This document shows positions 25,951 to 32,823 of a stretch of 32,823 bases of DNA, piece by piece. The stretch is taken from assembly GCA_022705265.1 (NCBI GenBank), contig JAKJEU010000001.1:1-32823 (forward strand), given 5' to 3'. The notes below the pieces were generated by a model. The model was not told the DNA's origin, did no database searches, and saw nothing but the letters and a program-made list of their open reading frames with translations. The position numbers and the translations under genes are program-made. Positions within the stretch are counted from its first letter, which is position 1. Every line of letters starts with the position of its first letter. The stretch comes from Pseudomonadota bacterium. Lineage in GTDB: Bacteria > Pseudomonadota > Alphaproteobacteria > JAKJEU01.

Positions 25951-26198
25951 TGAACGCAGTTGCTCAAACACAAGGACGCAGATCTTTCTTTAAAAGACGC
26001 AAAACTTGCCCATTTTCTTCAAAAAATTCCCCAAAGATTGATTACAAAGATGTAAAATTATTACAAAGATTCATATCTGAAAGAGGAAAGATGATACCAA
26101 GCAGAATTACTGGTGTATCAGCTAAAAAACAAAGAGAATTAGCAGTCGCTATTAAGAGAGCAAGATTCTTAGGCTTGCTTCCTTATGTAGTTGATTAA
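25950..26198 (+). CDS. rpsR: 30S ribosomal protein S18
   Basis: The sequence is [60 protein letters not shown]. The ATG overlaps the rpsF stop (TAATG). Confidence 0.95.
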   Translation: MNAVAQTQGRRSFFKRRKTCPFSSKNSPKIDYKDVKLLQRFISERGKMIPSRITGVSAKKQRELAVAIKRARFLGLLPYVVD

Positions 26199-26220
26199 GG
26201 TTTAATTTAAAAATAAAGTT

Positions 26221-27174
26221 ATGAGCAAATCCTTAAAACCATTGATATATTCATTTGGACTTGGCTTATTAAGCTATGTATTCTTCCTTTGCATGTTTCA
26301 AACAGGAAGCGGAGTTTTTGGTTTAATAAGAACCTTGGGAATGGCTCTTGCAACAGCTCCATTGATTGTTGCGGGGATATCTTACGGTTTTGGCGGATTT
26401 ATATCTGCACTTATTGGCGCAACTTTTATGTTTAGCCTTAATGAAGGTGATTTTGATAAATTCAAAAATTACTATATAATTGCGGAAATAATTCCTGCTT
26501 TTATTCTTGTTTCATTGGGATTACCCTTTAAAAACAAGCAATTAGGACTCGGAAGCATTGTTTCAGTTTTAACTTTTTTAATCAGCTGTGTGGTTTTAGT
26601 ATTTTGTTATATTGTGAAAGACAAATATTTTGCAAATTATGGCGAAAATGCTAATCCCGTTGCTTTGATTGAAGATATTTTAGCAAAAAACATTGTTGTC
26701 CAAAATATGCAAGAACTTAACCCTAATACCTACGACATCATAAAAGCAATTATTCCATATATTCCTTCTTTAATCGGAATGATGCTTATCGGAAGAATTT
26801 TGCTTAATGCTTATATCGGGCTTGAAGCCTCTTTTAAGCTTGGTGTTGCAAAAAGACAAAGGGAAGATTATCTGAACTTTTTTGTTCCTAAAATTTATGT
26901 TTTAGTCGTTTTGTCTTCTATTATTGCTGGGTTGTTATATGAAGGTTTTGATAAATATATTATGTTTAATATAAGCCTTATTTTAATGACACCAATTGCT
27001 TTGATGGGAATGGCTTACTCTAACCGATTAAGTCAAAAGATAAAATATGGTAAGCCTTTATTATGGTTGTTTTACATATTGGTCATAATAACAGGAGATT
27101 TAGGATTTTTGGCAACAGTGTTGCTTGGCGCTTTTAACTATATAATTAAACAAAAAGAAATTATGAAAGTATAA
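26221..27174 (+). CDS. Polytopic membrane protein (DUF2232-like) in the conserved rpsR-rplI slot
   Basis: The 317-aa product has about 8 TM segments. A membrane protein between rpsR and rplI is a common alphaproteobacterial arrangement. This is a family call by synteny and architecture only. Confidence 0.55.
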   Translation: MSKSLKPLIYSFGLGLLSYVFFLCMFQTGSGVFGLIRTLGMALATAPLIVAGISYGFGGFISALIGATFMFSLNEGDFDKFKNYYIIAEIIPAFILVSLGLPFKNKQLGLGSIVSVLTFLISCVVLVFCYIVKDKYFANYGENANPVALIEDILAKNIVVQNMQELNPNTYDIIKAIIPYIPSLIGMMLIGRILLNAYIGLEASFKLGVAKRQREDYLNFFVPKIYVLVVLSSIIAGLLYEGFDKYIMFNISLILMTPIALMGMAYSNRLSQKIKYGKPLLWLFYILVIITGDLGFLATVLLGAFNYIIKQKEIMKV

Positions 27175-27186
27175 GGAAAAAAGAAA

Positions 27187-27699
27187 ATGAAAGTAATTTT
27201 ACTTGAAAGAATCGAAAATTTAGGCCAAATGGGTGACGAAGTAACTGTTAAAAATGGTTATGCAAGAAACTTCCTTTTGCCACAAAAGAAGGCTTTAAGA
27301 GCTAACAAAGAAAACCGTGCATATTTTGAAACACAAAAAGCTATAATCGAAGCTACTAACATCAAAAGAAAAGAAGAAGCACAAGATTTGGCAAAAAGAA
27401 TGGCTGGTTTATCAGTTGCAATCATCAAACAAGCATCAGAACAAGGTCAATTATACGGATCAGTATCTGGTAGAGATGTTTGTGAAGCAATCAAAGAAGC
27501 TGGTTTCAACATTGAAAGAAGACAAGTTGTTCTTGACCAAGCTATTAAAAACATTGGTGTATTTGATATCAAAATCGCTTTATATCCAGAAGTTGCTCAA
27601 ACAGTAAAAGTAACTGTTGCAAGAACTCAAGAAGATGTAAAAAAGCTTGATAAAGAAGAAGCTAAAAAAGACGCTTTGAAAGAACAAGAAGTCGCTTAG
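27187..27699 (+). CDS. rplI: 50S ribosomal protein L9
   Basis: MKVILLERIENLGQMGDEVTVKNGYARNFLLPQKKALRA... is followed by a Lys/Glu-rich C-terminal extension. Confidence 0.95.
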   Translation: MKVILLERIENLGQMGDEVTVKNGYARNFLLPQKKALRANKENRAYFETQKAIIEATNIKRKEEAQDLAKRMAGLSVAIIKQASEQGQLYGSVSGRDVCEAIKEAGFNIERRQVVLDQAIKNIGVFDIKIALYPEVAQTVKVTVARTQEDVKKLDKEEAKKDALKEQEVA

Positions 27700-27700
27700 T

Positions 27701-27726
27701 TTTAAAGCTTAAATTTAAAGCTTAAA
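27701..27726 (+). repeat. Perfect tandem duplication of a 13-bp unit (TTTAAAGCTTAAA x2) between rplI and dnaB
   Basis: Read directly from the sequence: 27701-27713 is identical to 27714-27726. Each unit contains the AAGCTT palindrome, so the two copies can also pair as a 6-bp hairpin with a 7-nt loop. Confidence 0.85.
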
Positions 27727-27749
27727 ATACCATTAAAGGGGCTCAAAAA

Positions 27750-29219
27750 ATGAAACAGGAATTGGAAATAAGGCAAAAGCCTTCTTCGATTGACATTGAA
27801 CAAGCATTATTAAGTGCTTTGATAATCAACCGAAACGCACTTGAAAAAGTGTCGGAGTTTTTAAAACCTGAGCATTTTTTTGACCCCTTTAATGCTGAAT
27901 TCTTCAATGCTTGCTTAACTTTAAGCAAAAGCAACCGAGATATAAACCCAACCATATTAAAGGAATATCTTGCAAAAGGCGGAAGCGATGAAGAAAACAA
28001 AGAAAAGGAAGCAAAAATTAATGCTCTTGCCTTTTCTGATGTAAGTATCGTTAATGTTACCGATTATGGAAAACAAATTGTTGACCGATATATAAGAAGA
28101 GCTTTAATCGAGCTTGGATACGATATTGTTAACGATGCTTATACAATCGATATTGAACGAGACGCCACCGACCAAGCCCGAGAGATAGAAGAAAAACTAT
28201 TCAAAATTTCAAACGAAGGACAAATCGAAGGCGGACTTAAAAGCTTTTCGTTATCCTTATCTGGTGCGATTGAAACGATTGCAAAAGCAAGACAAAATGC
28301 TGGAAAATTGCCTGGTGTTCCAACAAAAATTACAAAACTTGATAATCTTGTTGGTGGGCTTCATAATTCAGATTTGATTATTTTAGCAGGAAGACCAGGT
28401 ATGGGTAAAACTGCTTTTACCACTTGTGTTGGTATTAATGCTGCCATGGCGTTTAGAGAAGATAACGAAAAAAACACCAATAAAAAAGATAACAAAACTG
28501 TTGCTTTCTTTTCGCTGGAAATGTCGGCGGAACAACTTGCTTCCCGTATTATTTCAACCCAAGCCCAAGTAAATAACCGCGATATGAGAACCGGTTATCT
28601 TAAACAAGATGACTTTAACAAAATCATGAATGTTGTGGAATGGATGGATAATCTTCCTTTATACATTGATGACACTCCTGGTTTGACCGTGAATGCTATA
28701 AGAACAAGGTGCAGAAGGCTTAAAAGAGACAAAGGTTTAGGTCTTATTATCATCGATTATCTTCAATTAATTGAAAGTGGTAAAAAGTCTGAAAACCGTG
28801 TTCAAGAAATTTCCGAAATGACAAGAAACCTTAAAATCTTGGCAAAGGAAATTAATGTCCCTGTAATCGTTTTAAGTCAGCTTAACCGTGGTGTTGAAGC
28901 AAGAGACGATAAAAGACCTCAATTATCAGATTTAAGAGAATCTGGCTCAATCGAACAAGATGCTGATATCGTTATGGCCGTTTATCGTGAATGGTATTAC
29001 TTGCCTCGTGAATTGGTTAAAAAAGTTGGCGAAACCGATGAAAAATTTAATTCAAGACTTGCATCACACGAGCAAAGAAGAGCTGAACTTGAAAAAATAG
29101 CAGAACTTTTAATATTAAAAAATCGTCACGGCCCAACCGATGATATTAAATTGTTCTTTGATGGTGCTTTTGCTCAATTTGCAAATTTAGATGAAAAAAA
29201 TGAAGAAAAAAAACAATAA
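27750..29219 (+). CDS. dnaB: Replicative DNA helicase DnaB
   Basis: The N-terminus PSSIDIEQALLSALI is typical. The motifs are Walker A GRPGMGKTAF, FSLEMS, Walker B IIIDYLQL and SQLNRGVE...RPQLSDLRESGSIEQDAD. Confidence 0.95.
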   Translation: MKQELEIRQKPSSIDIEQALLSALIINRNALEKVSEFLKPEHFFDPFNAEFFNACLTLSKSNRDINPTILKEYLAKGGSDEENKEKEAKINALAFSDVSIVNVTDYGKQIVDRYIRRALIELGYDIVNDAYTIDIERDATDQAREIEEKLFKISNEGQIEGGLKSFSLSLSGAIETIAKARQNAGKLPGVPTKITKLDNLVGGLHNSDLIILAGRPGMGKTAFTTCVGINAAMAFREDNEKNTNKKDNKTVAFFSLEMSAEQLASRIISTQAQVNNRDMRTGYLKQDDFNKIMNVVEWMDNLPLYIDDTPGLTVNAIRTRCRRLKRDKGLGLIIIDYLQLIESGKKSENRVQEISEMTRNLKILAKEINVPVIVLSQLNRGVEARDDKRPQLSDLRESGSIEQDADIVMAVYREWYYLPRELVKKVGETDEKFNSRLASHEQRRAELEKIAELLILKNRHGPTDDIKLFFDGAFAQFANLDEKNEEKKQ

Positions 29220-30213
29220 TTCGATATTAACTGTTAATGTTTCGGCTTTAAAACATAATTACAATGTTCTTAAAAATTATGTTAATCCTTCTGATGCTGG
29301 CGTGGTTTTAAAATCAAATGCTTATGGTGTCGGTGCAAAAGAAATTGGAAAAATTTTATATCAAGAAGGTGCCAGAACTTTTTTTACTGCCCATTCTTTT
29401 GAAGGAGTAGAGCTTAGAAAAGCATTACCTCATGAGGCTGAAATTTACATACTTCACGGTTGTTATGATTATGATGGGGAAGATTTTAACGAGTACAATC
29501 TAATCCCTATTTTAAACAACGAAGAACAACTTAAAATCGCAAAAGAACATAATATAAAAAAATATGGAATTCATGTTAATACAGGGATGAATCGTCTAAG
29601 TTTTTCATCAATTCCTGACAATGTTTCTCCATGCCTTATTATTTCGCATTTTTCTGGCGAACAAAATGATGAACAATTTTCAAAATTTAACGAAATCACA
29701 AAAAATTTTAAAGATGTAAAAAAATCAATTTGTGCTTCTAATGCTATTTCAACTCCAAAAGAGTATCATATGGATATCATAAGGTTTGGATATGCGTTAT
29801 ATGGAGAAATGGATAATAACCTTGGGCTTAAAAACACCATATCCTTAAAAGCCAAGATTATCGGACTTTACGAGGTTAAAAAAGGCGATAAAGTCGGATA
29901 CGATTCGACCTTTATATTTGAAAAAGATGGTAAAATCGCAACAATAGCAGTTGGTTATGCCGATGGATACAGCCGAACTTTATCCAACAAAGGATATGGT
30001 TACATTAACGGAACAAAAATCAATCTGGTTGGAAGAGTTTCAATGGACTTAACCGTTTTTGATGTAAGCGATATTGAAAATATAAAAATTGGTGATGAAA
30101 TTGAATTAATTGGTGATAATATAAAGGTTAAAGAATTAGCAAGTCTTTTAAACACAACAGGTTATGAAATTTTAACCTCTCTTTCAAAAAGATATAAAAG
30201 GGTATATAAATGA
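29191..30213 (+). CDS. alr: Alanine racemase
   Basis: The PLP-lysine motif is VVLKSNAYGVGA, and the C-terminal motif is VGRVSMDL. The product is somewhat short at 340 aa. The start is ATG 29191 or ATG 29200, both inside the dnaB 3' end within A-rich runs. Confidence 0.85.
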   Translation: MKKMKKKNNNSILTVNVSALKHNYNVLKNYVNPSDAGVVLKSNAYGVGAKEIGKILYQEGARTFFTAHSFEGVELRKALPHEAEIYILHGCYDYDGEDFNEYNLIPILNNEEQLKIAKEHNIKKYGIHVNTGMNRLSFSSIPDNVSPCLIISHFSGEQNDEQFSKFNEITKNFKDVKKSICASNAISTPKEYHMDIIRFGYALYGEMDNNLGLKNTISLKAKIIGLYEVKKGDKVGYDSTFIFEKDGKIATIAVGYADGYSRTLSNKGYGYINGTKINLVGRVSMDLTVFDVSDIENIKIGDEIELIGDNIKVKELASLLNTTGYEILTSLSKRYKRVYK

Positions 30214-30983
30214 ATTTTTTAAGTAATATTGGCAAAATGACCGTTAAATTTATTAAAAATGCTGGGGAATTGGCTTTATTTGCTTATTCTGTGATTACTC
30301 ATTTGTTCCGCCCACCATTTTTCTTTAAAAACATTTTCACTCAAATGATTGAAATTGGATTTTATTCTCTTCCCGTTGTGGGTTTAACCACTCTTTTTTC
30401 TGGAATGGTTATGGCTTTGCAAACCTATTCTGGATTTTCAAGGCTTAGTGCCGAAAGTGCCATTCCTATGGTGGTTTTAATTGCTCTTACTCGTGAACTT
30501 GCCCCAGTTATGGCAGGATTAATGGTAGCAGGAAGAGTTGGAGCTTCGTTTGCGGCGGAAATTGGAACCATGAAGGTAACCGAGCAAATTGACGCTTTAT
30601 CCTCGCTTTCCACCAATCCAATTAAATATTTGGTTGTCCCAAGAATTATTGCTGCGACTTTAATGCTTCCTTTTTTGGTGTTTATCGGAGATGTGATTGG
30701 AATTCAAGGTGGTTATTTAATCGGGGTTCATAAACTTGGCTTTAACTCTGCTACTTATATCAAAAACACTTGGGATGTTATGGAATCTTTTGACATTGTT
30801 TCTGGTCTTATTAAGGCTGCGGTTTTTGGTTTTATTATTGCTATGCTTGGTTGTTATAATGGTTATTATTCTGATGGTGGAGCACAAGGAGTTGGTAAAG
30901 CAACAACAAACGCAGTTGTATCCTCATCAATTTTGATATTGATATTCAACTACATTTTAACCGAACTTTTTTTCATGGCTTAA
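30210..30983 (+). CDS. mlaE: Phospholipid/lipid-asymmetry ABC transporter permease MlaE
   Basis: This 257-aa MlaE/Ttg2B-type permease contains LTRELAPVMAGLMVAGRVGASFAAEIGTMKVTEQIDAL. The ATG overlaps the alr stop (ATGA). Confidence 0.85.
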   Translation: MNFLSNIGKMTVKFIKNAGELALFAYSVITHLFRPPFFFKNIFTQMIEIGFYSLPVVGLTTLFSGMVMALQTYSGFSRLSAESAIPMVVLIALTRELAPVMAGLMVAGRVGASFAAEIGTMKVTEQIDALSSLSTNPIKYLVVPRIIAATLMLPFLVFIGDVIGIQGGYLIGVHKLGFNSATYIKNTWDVMESFDIVSGLIKAAVFGFIIAMLGCYNGYYSDGGAQGVGKATTNAVVSSSILILIFNYILTELFFMA

Positions 30984-31002
30984 ATCAAGGGAGAAACATA
31001 AA

Positions 31003-31767
31003 ATGACAAATTTAAAACTTGAATTAACCAATGTAAGTAAAGCTTTCGGACCTAAGGTGGTTTTGGACGGCTTTTCAATGAAAGTTGAAAAAGGCAAATC
31101 CATGGTTATTATTGGCGGCTCTGGGACTGGTAAATCCGTTACCTTAAAATGTATCCAAGGCTTGCTTGTTCCTGAGTCTGGCTCTATTAAGGTTGATGGT
31201 GAAGAAGTCGTGGGAATGAAGGAAAAAGACCTTGAACGGGTTAATTCCAAAGCGGGAATGTTGTTTCAAGGGGCTGCTTTATTTGACAGCATGAAAGTAT
31301 GGGAAAATATTGCTTTTGGGCTTATCCAAGGGCGTAAAATGAACAAAAACCAAGCAAAAGAAATCGCTTATGACAAACTTAAAAAAGTTGGACTTACCAG
31401 CGATGTGGGCGAAATGTATCCTGCTGATTTATCAGGAGGCATGAAAAAGCGTGTTGGACTTGCAAGGGCGATTGCCACCTCTCCTGAACTTATTTTCTTT
31501 GATGAACCAACCACAGGGCTTGACCCAATTATGGCTGATGTTATTAATGATTTAATCGTTTCCTGTGTGAAAGATTTAGGAGCAACCGCTGTTACAATTA
31601 CTCATGACATGGTTTCGGCTCGAAAGATTGCTGATGAAATTACCATGCTTTATAAAGGTAAAAATATTTGGTGTGGCGATGTTAAGGATATTGATAATTC
31701 AAACAATCCTTATGTCGAACAATTTATTTCGGGAAAATCAGAAGGACCAATTAAGGTTGAAATTTAA
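31003..31767 (+). CDS. mlaF: Phospholipid ABC transporter ATP-binding protein MlaF
   Basis: The motifs are Walker A GGSGTGKSV, signature LSGGMKKRVGLARA and Walker B LIFFDEPTTGLDP. It lies directly downstream of mlaE. Confidence 0.85.
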   Translation: MTNLKLELTNVSKAFGPKVVLDGFSMKVEKGKSMVIIGGSGTGKSVTLKCIQGLLVPESGSIKVDGEEVVGMKEKDLERVNSKAGMLFQGAALFDSMKVWENIAFGLIQGRKMNKNQAKEIAYDKLKKVGLTSDVGEMYPADLSGGMKKRVGLARAIATSPELIFFDEPTTGLDPIMADVINDLIVSCVKDLGATAVTITHDMVSARKIADEITMLYKGKNIWCGDVKDIDNSNNPYVEQFISGKSEGPIKVEI

Positions 31768-31772
31768 AAATC

Positions 31773-32823
31773 ATGGCTAAATCTTCGTCGGTATTTGTTT
31801 GTAATTCTTGTGGTGCTACCTATTCAAAATGGATGGGGAAGTGTGAAGCTTGCCATGAATGGAATACCATAACCGAAGAAGTCGTCGACAACCAACCAAA
31901 AGGAATCGGTAAAAAACGGGGCGAAAAAATCGAATTTTCTTCTCTTAATTCTGTTTCCGAAACTTTACCAAGACAATTATCAAAAATTGCCGAATTTGAC
32001 AGAGTTTTAGGCGGAGGCCTTGTCCAAGGTTCTGCGGTTTTAATTGGCGGTGACCCTGGCATTGGCAAATCGACCCTTTTGTTACAAGTAACTGCTGCTT
32101 TATCTGATAAAGGTTTAAAATGTGCTTATATTTCTGGTGAAGAATCTTTGGACCAAATAAGGTTAAGAGCAAAAAGATTAGGTTTAAGTAATTCAAATGT
32201 TGATTTAGCCTCAGAAACAAATATAAACAAAATTATAGCCACCATTGATGAGCCAAATGGGTTTGATGTCGTGGTTATCGATTCGATACAAACCATGTTT
32301 ATAGAACAAATCGACTCTTCCCCAGGAACGGTAAGTCAAGTAAGGGCTTCAAGTAATGAGCTTATAAAAATTGCAAAAAAACGAAATTTTGTTTTATTTT
32401 TGGTCGGACATGTAACCAAAGAAGGCGCCTTAGCAGGGCCAAGAGTTTTGGAACATATGGTGGATACTGTGCTTTATTTCGAAGGTGACCGAGGCCATCA
32501 TTTCAGAATTTTAAGAGGCGTTAAAAACCGTTTTGGTGCGACTGATGAAATCGGTGTTTTTGCCATGAGTGAAAAAGGCTTGGAAGAAGTCCATAACCCT
32601 TCCGCTTTGTTTCTTGCCGAAAGAAGAGGAAATATCACTGGTTCTGCTGTTTTTGCGGGGATTGAGGGAACTCGACCTATTTTGGTGGAAATCCAAGCTT
32701 TGGTTGCACAAAGTTCTTCACCCTCAGCAAGAAGAGCCGTAGTTGGTTTTGACCAAGCAAGATTATCCATGATTATTGCCATACTCGAAACAAGATGTGG
32801 CGTGTCTTTTCAAGGCAAAGATG
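31773..32823 (+). CDS. radA: DNA repair protein RadA/Sms (partial; C-terminus lies right of the window)
   Basis: It is absent from the ORF track because there is no stop codon within the window. ATG 31773 gives MAKSSSVFVCNSCGATYSKWMGKCEACHEWNT (zinc ribbon). Walker A GGDPGIGKSTLLLQ and the RadA motif RGVKNRFGATDEIGVF follow. The frame is open to the window end. Confidence 0.93.
   Translation, partial: MAKSSSVFVCNSCGATYSKWMGKCEACHEWNTITEEVVDNQPKGIGKKRGEKIEFSSLNSVSETLPRQLSKIAEFDRVLGGGLVQGSAVLIGGDPGIGKSTLLLQVTAALSDKGLKCAYISGEESLDQIRLRAKRLGLSNSNVDLASETNINKIIATIDEPNGFDVVVIDSIQTMFIEQIDSSPGTVSQVRASSNELIKIAKKRNFVLFLVGHVTKEGALAGPRVLEHMVDTVLYFEGDRGHHFRILRGVKNRFGATDEIGVFAMSEKGLEEVHNPSALFLAERRGNITGSAVFAGIEGTRPILVEIQALVAQSSSPSARRAVVGFDQARLSMIIAILETRCGVSFQGKD

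Noticed and set aside
31820-32782. Minus-strand ORFs of 66-94 aa (31820..32068, 31945..32220, 32498..32782, 32511..32711) in a region with no plus-strand ORF in the track.
   Set aside because: The plus strand here is radA (Zn ribbon, Walker A, KNRFG motif). It is missing from the track only because it has no stop codon inside the window. The minus ORFs are shadows.
1-32823. I looked for tRNA/rRNA genes, CRISPR-like regularly spaced repeats, IS inverted repeats, transposases, integrases, toxin-antitoxin pairs and known defence-system hallmarks.
   Set aside because: Every intergenic gap is under about 260 bp and AT-rich, with no cloverleaf-capable G+C-rich stems. I noticed no spaced direct repeats apart from the 13-bp tandem at 27701. 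No recombinase-, nuclease- or methyltransferase-like ORFs are present. By-eye screening cannot exclude short or degenerate elements.

Overview
This is a strongly AT-rich window (about one-third G+C by eye, not computed) that is densely packed with genes. It is almost certainly a stretch of alphaproteobacterial chromosome. The supporting signals are a divergent flgI/fliX pair, a single-Cys DksA, RpoH, a DUF3126 protein, ihfB-lapA, and rpsF-rpsR-(membrane protein)-rplI. The composition and the many overlapping start/stop codons suggest a streamlined, possibly host-associated lineage; that is inference, and I cannot name the organism. I call 34 protein-coding genes, two of them running off the window edges and absent from the ORF track: flgI on the left and radA on the right. 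The content is mostly housekeeping: flagellum and chemotaxis (flgI, fliX, one MCP), stress and transcription (dksA, rpoH, ihfB, yebC), repair and replication (uvrB, ruvC, dnaB, radA), ribosomal proteins (S21, S6, S18, L9), metabolism (type III glutamine synthetase, aspartate aminotransferase, accD, alr, a HAD-IIB phosphatase) and transport (Kef-type CPA2, ZnuABC-type importer, MlaEF). I found no rRNA, tRNA, CRISPR array, IS or transposase, integrase or prophage signature. I also do not see a coherent multi-gene accessory island or a recognisable novel multi-component system. The points worth a second look are single-gene or small-scale oddities. (1) A Sec-secreted 636-aa protein carries nine tandem ~26-aa beta-helix-type repeats, has no visible autotransporter barrel, and is translationally coupled to accD. 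(2) An orphan PilT/VirB11-like secretion ATPase sits between znuCB and yebC-ruvC with no partner genes. (3) An EF-G paralog has its catalytic His replaced by Tyr and overlaps rpoH tail-to-tail. (4) An extremely AT-rich orphan membrane-protein gene is insulated by terminators. (5) Several candidate regulatory structures are present: an SD-flanking hairpin at glnN, a leaderless-type fliX promoter, a tandem 13-bp repeat before dnaB, and a 200-bp empty gap where ruvAB would normally follow ruvC. All product calls rest on motifs I recognise by eye and from memory; no searches were run.
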